This document shows positions 40,425-49,940 of a stretch of 64,000 nt of DNA, in pieces. The stretch is from the NCBI GenBank assembly GCA_965242965.1, contig OZ251518.1, positions 1,152,001 through 1,216,000 on the forward strand, written 5' to 3'. The translations under genes and the position numbers were made by a program. The notes under the pieces were generated by a model. It was not told the origin of the DNA and searched no databases. It saw nothing but the letters and a program-made list of their open reading frames with translations. Each line of letters starts with the position of its first letter. Within the stretch, counting starts at the first letter, position 1. The DNA comes from Candidatus Poribacteria bacterium (GTDB taxonomy: Bacteria; Poribacteria; WGA-4E; WGA-3G).

Positions 40425-41645
40425 CTACTTCGCGACTTCCGCTTTGAATCCCGGGTGCGCGCCAGACACTGCCTTAATCAAGGCATCTGCTGTCACTTTA
40501 CCCTTCACAACTTTTACTACAGCCGTCTGGTCTGCGTAAGAGATGCTGACAACCTCGATGACACCAGGCACCTCGCAGAGGGCGGCTTCCACCTTCGCGG
40601 GACATGCTTCGCATGTCATACCGCTCACCTTCAGCGTCACCTTCTTGACTTCCGGCATCACCACTTCCGCAGTGAAACCTGCAGCTTTAACAGCGTTCGT
40701 CAAATCGGCAGCGGTGACTTTGCCTTTCTCAACCTTTACCACCGCGGTATTATCCGCAGTCGAAACGCTGATAACATCCGTGACACCGGCAACCTTACCG
40801 AGAGCGGCTTCCACCTTCGCGGGACATGCCTCGCACGTCATACCGGTTACTTTCAGCGTCACCTGCTTAATTTCCGGCATCACCACTTCCGCGGTGAAAC
40901 CTGCGGCTTTGACAGCGTTCGTCAGATCGGCAGCAGTGACTTTGCCTTTCTCAACCTTCACCACCGCGGTATTATCCGCAGTCGAAACGCTGATAACATC
41001 CGTGACACCAGCAACCTTACCGAGAGCAGCCTCCACCTTCGCGGGACATGCCTCGCACGTCATACCGGTTACCTTCAGCGTCATCTTGTCCATCTGCATA
41101 ACTTTAGCGGGAAACCCTGCGGCTTTGACAGCGTTCGTCAAATCCTCGGCGGTGACTTTGCCTTTCTCAACCTTCACCACCGCGGTATTGCTGTCTGTAG
41201 AGACGCTAATGACTTCCGTGACACCAGTGACTTTACTGAGTGCATCCTGCACTTTACTTGTGCAAGCCCCTCACGTCATCCCCTTCACGGCAAGCGTCAC
41301 CTTTTCGGTAGCCGGCGCGGGCATATCCACCGTCGCTTTGAAACGCGGGTCTGCTTCAACGGCCGCGATAAGCGCAGCGGTATCGACTTTCCCTGTTTCT
41401 ACCTTCACAACAGCCTTGTTATCGGCTGATGATACACTGACAACTTCCGTGACACCGGCGACTTTACTGAGTGCACCCTGCACTGCAGAAGTACATCCAC
41501 CTCACGTCATCCCTGTCACGGTAAGCGTCACTTTTTCAACGGCTGCTTCCGAGGTGGCATCCGCGGAATCGGTTGCCATCACCTGAGCACCCATTGATAA
41601 TGCAAAAGCGATGATGCAAATCAACGCTAACTTTGCAATATACAT
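40425..41645 (-). CDS. Exported five-HMA-domain selenoprotein (2x MTUxxC, 3x MTCxxC), 406 aa
   Basis: AAGGAGG-ATG, signal peptide, in-frame TGA at 41502-41504 and 41271-41273 at the first Cys position of the HMA motif, each followed by a SECIS-like hairpin. Confidence 0.88.
41239..41253 (-). promoter_or_regulatory. Bacterial SECIS-like hairpin 2
   Basis: AGTGCA-GGA-TGCACT; loop starts 23 nt after the UGA. Confidence 0.75.
41470..41484 (-). promoter_or_regulatory. Bacterial SECIS-like hairpin 1
   Basis: AGTGCA-GGG-TGCACT; loop starts 23 nt after the UGA. Confidence 0.75.
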
Positions 41646-41681
41646 GAGGAATTCCTCCTTAGAATAATTTGATTGTTAATT

Positions 41682-41710
41682 AGTTTAACAAATGTGCAAC
41701 TATTTGTCAA
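41682..41710 (-). promoter_or_regulatory. sigma70 promoter of the HMA gene
   Basis: TTGACA-17 nt-TAAACT with extended TG. Confidence 0.7.
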
Positions 41711-41728
41711 GTTTTTCGGAGAAAAAAA

Positions 41729-42034
41729 TTATCTCCGCCGATATCCCGCTTGCTCCGACAGCGCGTATACCTGCGGATTCTTCATAAAACGGATGTCTTG
41801 CCCGCGCAACTGCGAGCCATATCGCTTCTCTAAAAATCGGATGCGTTCCTGCCGGTCTGGGAGCGGCACCCGCTTCGGAGCCTGCATCTTCAACAACTCC
41901 TCGCGCGACAATTTTCTGGGTTGCTGCTTGTCTCCATAATAGCATTTCGGACAGAGCGGATAGCGCGGATAACGGAGTCGTCCGCATTTGCATCGCGCTT
42001 TTCCATCGCTGCCGCCGAGAACCTCTTTATTCAT
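41729..42034 (-). CDS. Small basic CxC..CxxC zinc-finger-like protein
   Basis: CKC..CPKC; ATGA overlap with the upstream nuclease gene. Confidence 0.6.
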   Translation of the reverse strand: MNKEVLGGSDGKARCKCGRLRYPRYPLCPKCYYGDKQQPRKLSREELLKMQAPKRVPLPDRQERIRFLEKRYGSQLRGQDIRFMKNPQVYALSEQAGYRRR

Positions 42035-42789
42035 GCGTTTCCCCTCCGCTTCCGATGCACATCTAAAAAGGTAAACACGTTTTGGATGCGCTGAATCTGT
42101 TTTTGAAAGACGGACGCCCGTTCAAATTGCAGTTTTGCGGCGGCACTATCCCGTTTCGCGACGAGGGATGCGAACACTTCGTCGTAATGTCCCTCCAGCA
42201 AGCCGAGGATATCGGCTATCATGTCGTGATACGCTTCGCGTGTGACATACCCCGCGCACGGCGCGTCGCACCGTTTGATCTGGTAACTGAAGCAGGGACG
42301 GAACGTCGGGCATGGGGTAATCGCGCCTTCGCACGTCCGAATCGGGAAGATGCGGTGGAAAACGTCAACCGCCTCCGCTGTCCATCGCCGGCTGGAAAAC
42401 GGACCGAAATACCTCGCGCCATCAACTTCTTCTTTCTCGGAAACTTGCTCTACAAGCGGAAAATCTTCTCCCACATCTATCCGAATATACCACGATTTCC
42501 GTCCATATTTCAGGGCAGAATTGTAGGTAGGCTGATGCGCTTGAATCAACCGCGATTCCAGGAAGAGTGCCTCCTGTTCCGAGCGGCAGACCTGGTATCG
42601 CACGTCGGTTATCCAACGGACGAGCCGTTTGATTTTGGCGGGGCGGCTTTTGTTTTTGTGAAGATACGAACGCACCCGTTTCCGCAGGCATTTCGCCTTG
42701 CCGATGTAGAGGATTTGGCCGGAAGCACCCCGAAAAAAGTAGACACCGGGTTCCGTTGGCACATCTTGGATCATTTCTTGCGTCAACAT
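42031..42789 (-). CDS. UvrC N-terminal-like (Cho-like) GIY-YIG nuclease with UVR domain
   Basis: PGVY..YIGKAKCLRKRVRSY, YFGPF, Cys cluster and UVR LQFERA; lacks the UvrC C-terminal half. Confidence 0.88.
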   Translation of the reverse strand: MLTQEMIQDVPTEPGVYFFRGASGQILYIGKAKCLRKRVRSYLHKNKSRPAKIKRLVRWITDVRYQVCRSEQEALFLESRLIQAHQPTYNSALKYGRKSWYIRIDVGEDFPLVEQVSEKEEVDGARYFGPFSSRRWTAEAVDVFHRIFPIRTCEGAITPCPTFRPCFSYQIKRCDAPCAGYVTREAYHDMIADILGLLEGHYDEVFASLVAKRDSAAAKLQFERASVFQKQIQRIQNVFTFLDVHRKRRGNA

Positions 42790-42855
42790 CGTCTATTCTC
42801 AACAGCGTAATTTCTTTTAATTTAGCACAAATCTGCAGAAAATGCAAACAATTTT

Positions 42856-42884
42856 TTGACAACATTTACGATTTCTGCTATAAT
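42856..42884 (+). promoter_or_regulatory. Consensus sigma70 promoter
   Basis: TTGACA-17 nt-TATAAT with extended TG. Confidence 0.85.
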
Positions 42885-42907
42885 CTTCGCCAAGGAGGAC
42901 ATAAATC

Positions 42908-43654
42908 ATGAAATGGATATTTTGTCTGTTCATTGGATGTCTCTGCATCGGGAGCGACGCGCTCGCCGCGAATCTGTTGGACGATGCAGTCGGCATCTGG
43001 CTTTTTGACGCAGGAAAAGGGAATGTCGCCGCCGATACCTCCGGCAACGGAAACGATGGAGCGATTGCCGGGGCGAAATGGGCGGAAGGTAAATTCGGCG
43101 GCGCATTGGAATTTGAACCGCCTCACGTCGTCACCGTTGAACATTCGGATAGCATGGCCTTTGCAGACCAGATGACTGTCGCAACGTGGGTTTATATGAA
43201 CGACGGCGTTTCAGACACCGCGATTCGGCGGAACGGAGCCTATCTTTTGGAGGTTCAGTCTCCGAATGAGCAAGTTCCGGGCGGCTACGTGTTTGGCATC
43301 TGGTCTGGGGGCGGCTTCACAGGCGGCGTGTGGGGAAAAACGGTGCTTGAATTTGAGCAGTGGTACCACATCGTTGGACTCTATGATGGGAAAGAGATGC
43401 GTATCTACGTTGATGGCACGCTTGAAGCAGCCAAGCCGCAGAAAGGCGATATAGACGGTGCCGGTGAACTGCTTTTCGGCACCTTCGGCGGCGAAAAATT
43501 CCTCGGCAGATTAGACGAAGTTGTCTTTTTTCGCAGAGCGATAACGGAAAATGAGATTGCGGAATTGATGGAAGGTGTTGAAGCAGTCCTCCCCGTTTCA
43601 CCGAAAGGGATGCTCACCACCGCGTGGGGACAACTCAAAGGAAGTCTGTTATGA
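42908..43654 (+). CDS. Secreted LamG-like domain protein
   Basis: WLFDAG, GKFGGALEF and WYHIVGLYDG; ends MLTTAWGQLK. Confidence 0.9.
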   Translation: MKWIFCLFIGCLCIGSDALAANLLDDAVGIWLFDAGKGNVAADTSGNGNDGAIAGAKWAEGKFGGALEFEPPHVVTVEHSDSMAFADQMTVATWVYMNDGVSDTAIRRNGAYLLEVQSPNEQVPGGYVFGIWSGGGFTGGVWGKTVLEFEQWYHIVGLYDGKEMRIYVDGTLEAAKPQKGDIDGAGELLFGTFGGEKFLGRLDEVVFFRRAITENEIAELMEGVEAVLPVSPKGMLTTAWGQLKGSLL

Positions 43655-44505
43655 TAGATTGGCAACCCACTCTGGAACAAAAAACGCAATACGAAAACGA
43701 CGGTTATTTTATCCAACGGAACGTGATTTCCAGCGATTTGGCAGCAGAACTCCGCGGGGTTATCCGCAATGTCATTATGCTGCCCGAACCTGGGAACTTC
43801 GTTGACATTGATGCGACGGATCCGATGGAAGACTCGCCGCAGGGAAGAATTGCGCGCTATCGGAAGTTGAGCAACTTCTGTGTGCAATCGCCGCTGATTT
43901 GGCATAACGTCCACGCGGGCGCGGCACTGCTCAACATCGCGCGTCATTTCCTCGGTGACGATATTATCGTCAAGTTTAATAGCTGCTTCCTCAAACCTGC
44001 GCGCACCGGCAGCGCAACACCGTGGCATCAAGATAACGGCCTCTGGCGCGATGGCGAGACAGAGCCCTTCAACTTTTGGATGCCTCTTGAACCCGCAACG
44101 CGAGAAAACGGCTGCATGCAGTTTATTCCGGGCAGCCACAAGACAGACATCATTCAGCACGTCCTTTATGCCGATAGCATCCACGGGGAGCTTCCACGCG
44201 AAGAGGTGCAGAAGATGCTTGACAAACAAGGTGTGCATCACATTGAATTGGGAACCGGGGATGTCGTCTTTTGGCACAGCAATATGTGGCACTACAGCCC
44301 GCCAAATCGGAGTGAGCAGAGCCGCATCGCTGTCGCCGGCGTTTGGACAAACCCCCAAATTGTCAAGACGAGCAAACGCTTCTGGCACAACTTCCGGTGG
44401 GCCCTGAAAAATGGCGAAGTCTGCACGCAATTCCCGCCAGAACCTGTCGAAATGGAAAACATGAGTGGGGAAAAGCCGAAGCCGTTTCCAAGTGCCGAGG
44501 CATAA
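43651..44505 (+). CDS. Phytanoyl-CoA dioxygenase family
   Basis: PWHQD, ENGCM..PGSHK and WHYSPPN. Confidence 0.92.
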   Translation: MIDWQPTLEQKTQYENDGYFIQRNVISSDLAAELRGVIRNVIMLPEPGNFVDIDATDPMEDSPQGRIARYRKLSNFCVQSPLIWHNVHAGAALLNIARHFLGDDIIVKFNSCFLKPARTGSATPWHQDNGLWRDGETEPFNFWMPLEPATRENGCMQFIPGSHKTDIIQHVLYADSIHGELPREEVQKMLDKQGVHHIELGTGDVVFWHSNMWHYSPPNRSEQSRIAVAGVWTNPQIVKTSKRFWHNFRWALKNGEVCTQFPPEPVEMENMSGEKPKPFPSAEA

Positions 44506-44549
44506 ACTATATTGATGGAGTCACAAGGCGACACAAAAGGAGAAAAAAC

Positions 44550-45122
44550 ATGAAACCCAAATTAACCCTCTACATTTTCATCGCCTTCATCGCGCTAACT
44601 GGCTTTACTTGCGAAGAAACAGAACCGCTCGTGCAAGTCCCAGTCACCGAAGAACTTGCCGCGGGCGAAGGGTTGAAAATCGGCATTCAAGCCCCCGAGT
44701 TCTCGCTACTTGATGCCGATGGGAATCCCTACACCCTGGCAGACTATCTCGGCCAAAAAGTAGTGTTGGTATTCTATCGCTTCGGCACGTGAGGCTTCTG
44801 TCAAGCGCAGCTCGGTGAGTTGCAAACCGGCTATGAAGCCATCCAAGCAGCAGGTGCCGAAATTATCGCTGTCAGCGCGGATACCCCAACGACAACGGCT
44901 CTCACGCGAAAGACTGTCCAGATAACCTATCCGTTGCTCTCCGACAAGGCGACAGTGGCGATTACTGCCTATAATGTTCTTGACCCGGGCAATCCGCAAA
45001 TCGCGAAACCTGCGACGTATCTGATTGATGAAAACGGGATAATCCGGTGGAAGTTTCTTGATGTGCAGTTCGGAAAACGGCTAACCTCGGCGGAAATTGT
45101 TGCGGAATTGCAAAAGTTGTAG
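44550..45122 (+). CDS. AhpC/TSA peroxiredoxin-like selenoprotein (UxxC), 190 aa
   Basis: AGGAG-ATG; APEFSL..LVFYRFGT-TGA-GFCQAQLGEL..PATYLIDENGIIRW in a single frame; SECIS-like hairpin at 44807-44823. Confidence 0.88.
44807..44823 (+). promoter_or_regulatory. Bacterial SECIS-like hairpin
   Basis: GCAGCTC-GGT-GAGTTGC; loop starts 21 nt after the UGA at 44790-44792. Confidence 0.75.
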
Positions 45123-45179
45123 CGGCACGCGGGCAGGTTTGCGGAGGAAACGCCCCCCGCGATACGGTAAGCGTCGCGG

Positions 45180-46345
45180 CCCGTAGGGCGAGGGCCTGTC
45201 CCTCGCCATGCCTCGGTAACCCGAACGATCGCGGGGAACAGGCCCCCGCGCTACGGTAACGAGCCATCTTCTTCACAAAACGCCTCCCCCCTCACCGTAG
45301 GGCGAGGGTCTGTCCCTCGCCATGTCTCGGGTTACCGAATAATCGCGGGGGACAGGCCCCCGCGCTACGGTGTAAGAAACCTTTTTATTATCGTAGGGCG
45401 AGGGTCTGTCCCTCGCCATGCTGCGTTAATCGGACGCTCGCGGAGGACAGGCCCCCGCGCTACGGTAATGCATCATTTTCCAACGGTAGGCGCGCTTACA
45501 AAGTGCACCTACCGGGGTGTATCCTGCACGATCCTATACCCAATTAACCTGAGGGTGTTTCATAAATCGATGCACACCCGTAGGAGAGACCTCCTGGTCT
45601 CGATTTCTTCGGGTAGGAGAGACCTCCCGGTCTCGATGTTCCCGTAGCGCGGGGGACAGGCCACCGCGATGGCTCAAGAACCGTTTTTTCACCGTAGCGC
45701 GGGGGCCTGTCCCCCGCGATCGCCATCGTCAAGAGGTGGCATTTTAGGTCCTTTAGCACCTACATGTCTATAGAAAAACGTGTCAGCCCGTTTTCAAGGT
45801 CCGTTAGGTCCTTAATAAAACACGCGCCGCATGGTAAAACACATTAAGGACCTAAAGGACCTTAAATCTCTTCAGGTCGCCGAGGGCTATAGACATTCAG
45901 GTCCTACGGACCTGAAGAGAACAAGAGACGTTTTTTCCATAGCGCGAGCGATGGCGAGGGACAGGCCCTCGCCCTACGGTGAAGGGGGGGGCGTTTTTTC
46001 ACCGTAGCGCGGGAGCCTGTCCCCCGCGATCGTTGGAGTGCGCGAGCGATGGCGCGGGGGTGGCGTTTTTTTTCGTAGTGCGGGGGCCTTTCCCCCGCGA
46101 GCGCCATCGTCCCGATGTATGTTTCCCCCACTGTAGTTTGTGATCGCCTGATCACAAACGGGTCAAGATCGCTTGGCAAATGCCAGAGCTTCAGACGATC
46201 TTGACCTACGGGGGTGAGGCGGTCTGCCACCAAAACGCATGGCGAGGGAAACCCGCTCGCATGCGCGTGTGGCATGCGAGGGCCCTCGCCCTACGATGAA
46301 GGGTGCCGTTTTTTCACCGTAGCGCGGGGGCCTGTCCCCCGCGAC
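45180..46345. repeat. Large REP/MITE mosaic
   Basis: Many GTAG hairpins, a TIR end at 45550 and an AGGTCCT-palindrome module at about 45733-45935. Confidence 0.9.
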
Positions 46346-46378
46346 GTTGAATGCCTACGCCCTCTAGCATTCCAATTC

Positions 46379-46407
46379 TTGACAACAATCCGATTTTGGT
46401 GTATCAT
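46379..46407 (+). promoter_or_regulatory. sigma70 promoter
   Basis: TTGACA-17 nt-TATCAT. Confidence 0.7.
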
Positions 46408-46441
46408 TTCCCCAAAATCAACTTGAAAAAGGATATAACGA

Positions 46442-47200
46442 ATGCCACCTATCCCTGTCCTTGTCTCCTGGTCTTCGGGAAAAGACTCAGCTTGGGCCCT
46501 ACACACGCTGCGTCAGCAGCCGGAACAATACGACGTGCGCGGCATCTTTACCACCGTCACGCAGCCTTTCAACCGCGTTTCTATCCACGCCACACCGGAC
46601 TGGATGCTGAAACTGCAGGCAGAAAAACTCGGCCTGCCGCTCTATGAAATACCGATACCGTATCCCTGTTCCAACGCGGATTACGAAGCGGCGATGCAGC
46701 GTTTCCTGACACAAGTGCAAGCCTTGCCCAAAGCGTTAACAGCGGCACACCTCGCCTTCGGAGATCTGTTTCTAGAAGACATTCGCCGTTACCGCGAGGA
46801 TAAACTGAAGGGAACCGGCTTCACACCGCTCTTTCCTGTATGGGGACAAGATACCGCCGAACTCGCCGAAGAAATGCTGGCATCGGGATTGCGCGCCATC
46901 GTCACAACTGCCAGCCCAGCGAAGTTATCCGCCGAATTTGTTGGCAGATGGTTTGACCGCGGTTTTCTTGCGGATTTGCCGCCGGACATCGATGCACTCG
47001 GCGAAAACGGCGAATTTCATACCTGTGTTGTTGACGGCCCGATGTTCCTTTCGCCGATACCGGCGCGCCCCGGCAAAAAGATCCAGCGGCATATCGCAAC
47101 CGCTGACGACAACGAAGAAGACGATGGCATTCATACCCGAAAGCCGCATCTGATTTATACCTACGCTGACGTGGAATTGGATGAACCTAGCGCGAAATAG
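46442..47200 (+). CDS. PP-loop ATPase (diphthine-ammonia ligase/MJ0570-like)
   Basis: SWSSGKDS, FGDLFL and GENGEFHT. Confidence 0.9.
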   Translation: MPPIPVLVSWSSGKDSAWALHTLRQQPEQYDVRGIFTTVTQPFNRVSIHATPDWMLKLQAEKLGLPLYEIPIPYPCSNADYEAAMQRFLTQVQALPKALTAAHLAFGDLFLEDIRRYREDKLKGTGFTPLFPVWGQDTAELAEEMLASGLRAIVTTASPAKLSAEFVGRWFDRGFLADLPPDIDALGENGEFHTCVVDGPMFLSPIPARPGKKIQRHIATADDNEEDDGIHTRKPHLIYTYADVELDEPSAK

Positions 47201-47237
47201 CAGGCACCAAACCACACCTACGGAGTCAAAGCGAAAA

Positions 47238-48383
47238 ATGAAAATCGCAACCATTGAACAATTTTTTCCGCGCCCGCGGACGCGACTCGTCAAAATTACC
47301 ACGGACACCGGCATCGTCGGCTGGGGAGAGACGACGCTTGAAGGGAAACCGAAAAGCACCTGCGCCGCTGTTGACGAACTCGCCGACTATTTTATTGGCA
47401 AGGACCCGTTGCGTATTGAGCATCACTGGCAGCACGTCTATCGCTCCGCTTTTTTCAGGGGAGGCAATATCTTGATGTCTGCCTTGTCCGGCATTGATCA
47501 GGCATTGTGGGATATCGCAGGCAAACACTACGATGTGCCGACGTATCAACTGCTCGGCGGTCCCGTCCGTGACAGAATTCGTGTATACGCGCACTGGGGT
47601 ATCGGCAGTTTGACTGACGAGGGGAAAGCCGCCGCGAAGGAACGACTGGAGTTCCTGCAGAAAAAGGGCGGCTACAAGGCGTTTAAAAGCGGGCCCGGCG
47701 GCAAATGGCGCGGGCATGAACCACCCGCGGTTATTGATGCGTTTGTGGAACGCGCCTATCTCATGCGCGAGTGGGTAGGACCGGATGTTGAACTCGCCTT
47801 TGATTTTCACGGCAAGATGACACCTGCACTCGCCATTGAAATCTGTCACGAACTGAAAGGCATGCGCCCGATGTTCGTTGAAGAGCCGATTCCGCAGGAG
47901 AATGTGGACGCGCTCAAACAGGTTTCTCAGCAGGTGCCCTTTCCTATTGCAACCGGCGAACGGCTGCTCACCCGATGGGAATTCCGCGAGATTTTTGAGA
48001 AACAGGCGGTTGCGTATTTACAACCGGATACCTCGCACACCGGCGGCATCACCGAACTCAAAAAGATTGCTAACATGGCGGAGGTCTACTACATGCACAT
48101 CGCACCGCACTGCGCAATCGGTCCCGTTGCGTTTTCCGCCTCCCTGCATGTCGATGCCGTTATCCCGAATTTTCTCATTCAAGAGCAGATCGATAACGGC
48201 TTAGGTGCCGGCTTGCTCAAGGAAGAGTGGCAAGTTACAGATGGGCACATTGAGCTGCCTACCAAACCGGGCCTCGGCTTTGAGATTAACGAGAAAGAGG
48301 CAGAACGAAATCTGGACACGTATCCTGAAGAACTCGGCGGCGAGTTCTATTATGATACGGATGGAAGTGTCGCGGATTGGTAA
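47238..48383 (+). CDS. dgoD: Galactonate dehydratase-like (enolase superfamily)
   Basis: GIDQALWDI, DFHG, FVEEP, ATGERL, QPD and APHC. Confidence 0.8.
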   Translation: MKIATIEQFFPRPRTRLVKITTDTGIVGWGETTLEGKPKSTCAAVDELADYFIGKDPLRIEHHWQHVYRSAFFRGGNILMSALSGIDQALWDIAGKHYDVPTYQLLGGPVRDRIRVYAHWGIGSLTDEGKAAAKERLEFLQKKGGYKAFKSGPGGKWRGHEPPAVIDAFVERAYLMREWVGPDVELAFDFHGKMTPALAIEICHELKGMRPMFVEEPIPQENVDALKQVSQQVPFPIATGERLLTRWEFREIFEKQAVAYLQPDTSHTGGITELKKIANMAEVYYMHIAPHCAIGPVAFSASLHVDAVIPNFLIQEQIDNGLGAGLLKEEWQVTDGHIELPTKPGLGFEINEKEAERNLDTYPEELGGEFYYDTDGSVADW

Positions 48384-48517
48384 CGCCATCAAATCGATTT
48401 CTACAAAAGCGTCATTTTCCACCGCGTAGGCGCGGTTTTCCACCGTGCCTACGCGGTTTGTTCTGCGTCCAGCCTAATCAAGAGCACCCGAAGGATTCAG
48501 GTTAATTCGCAATAAAC

Positions 48518-49070
48518 TGAGGGTGTTTCATAAATCTATCCCCCCTTGGGAGCGGGAGAATACCGCGTCCTCTTGGTAGGAGAGACCTCCCGGTCTCGAT
48601 GCAATAGGGCGGCGTGCCTACCGGGCCCGCGGCGGCAGAAGGTCCCCCTTCATCGTAGGGCGAGGGCCCTCGCATGCCACACGCGCATGCGAGCGGGTTC
48701 CCCTCGCCATCGTCCGCGCTACGGAAAAAACGTCTCTTGTTCTCTTCAGGTCTGTAAGACCTGAATGTCTATAGCACGCTCGTCCGCGAAGAACCCTAAG
48801 GTCCTTTAGGTCCTTAATAGATTTTGCCAGGGCCGCGTGGTTTTTATTAAGGACCTAAAGGACCTTGAAAAAAGTCGACACGTGGTGCTATAGACATGTA
48901 GGACCTAAAGGACCTAAGATGGCATCTTGCCGATGGACAACGCGGGGGACAGGCCCCCGCGCTACGGGAAAATTGAGACTAGAGGGCTCTCCTACCGAGG
49001 AGCCATCGAGACCAGGAGGTCTCTTCTACGGGGACATCGCTTGCATCGAGACCAGGAGGTCTCTCCTACC
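48518..49070. repeat. REP/MITE mosaic
   Basis: TIR end at 48518, inverted AGGTCCT module and three GAGACC hairpins. Confidence 0.85.
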
Positions 49071-49102
49071 AACAGAAATTGCTTAACCGTTCGTTTGGAC
49101 AT
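49070..49102 (-). pseudogene. Stub of a HEPN/DUF86 toxin gene truncated by REP DNA
   Basis: ATG overlapping the MNT 3' end reads MSKRTVKQFL and then enters GTAGGAGAGACC. Confidence 0.5.
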
Positions 49103-49400
49103 AGACGATACTCTCCCGGATTGACTCCGCAACGTCAGGAAGTCGGATACCCATCAGACCTCCCTCGGTGAGAAGATCGACCGGCTGCCCCAGCCGCTCT
49201 TCAAGATATTCAGCGAGTTCCATGAACTTAAAGCCGATGGGACTTTCAAATTGGACGATAATATCAACATCGCTGGACTCAGTTGAAGTGCCTTTGGCGT
49301 AAGAACCGAACAGACCGATTTTGCTCACGCCGTATTCCATCAGAAGATACGGAAATTCTTCAACGAGAATCGTTGTGACTTGCTCTTTGGTTAATGCCAT
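49083..49400 (-). CDS. Minimal nucleotidyltransferase (MNT antitoxin)
   Basis: YGVSKIGLFGSYAKG..SDVD..VDL. Confidence 0.9.
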   Translation of the reverse strand: MALTKEQVTTILVEEFPYLLMEYGVSKIGLFGSYAKGTSTESSDVDIIVQFESPIGFKFMELAEYLEERLGQPVDLLTEGGLMGIRLPDVAESIRESIVYVQTNG

Positions 49401-49508
49401 CGGTTTTCCCTCACATCAGCGGCAGAAGCATCGCACCTCCTGTTTTCCAAGCGTTTCCGAACAAGACAAATCAAATGAATTTCGGAAGCTGAATCGTCTT
49501 ATCCTACT

Positions 49509-49938
49509 TGAGGGTGTTTCATAAATCGATGGCTTCCCGTTAGGAGAGACCTCCCGGTCTCAATTTTCACCGTAGCAAGAGGTGGCGTTTTAGGTCCTTT
49601 AGGACCTACATGTCTATAGAATACGTCCCGGCACCTTTTCAAGGTCCATTAGGACCTTAATCGTGGAAAACACGCAACGCAGCAAAAACTATTAAGGACC
49701 TAAAGGACCTTAAAGCACTTTGCAGCCTCACGTGCTATAGACATTCAGGACCTAAAGGACCTGAAGAGAAAGGGAGACGTTTTTTCACCGCAGCGCGGGG
49801 GCCTGTCCCCGCGATCATTGGATTGCGCGTGTGGCATGGCGAGGGACAGGCCCTCGCCCTACGTGAAGAGGCGGCGTTTTTCACCGTAGCGCGGAGACCT
49901 GTCCCCCGCGCCGTTGAGCCATTTATGAAACACCCTCA
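49509..49938. mobile_element. MITE/REPIN-like composite element
   Basis: Paired TGAGGGTGTTTCATAAAT ends; contains an AGGTCCT module and REP hairpins. Confidence 0.8.
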
Positions 49939-49940
49939 TC

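Noticed and set aside
40455-41586. Two long plus-strand ORFs (324 and 347 aa)
   Set aside because: Antisense shadows of the repetitive HMA gene.
40425-45122. Global UGA reassignment (Trp/Gly) or pseudogenes as the explanation for the in-frame TGAs
   Set aside because: TGA ends normal genes here (e.g. 22858, 25147, 3346). The three internal TGAs all align with Cys positions and have SECIS-like hairpins, with no other lesions.
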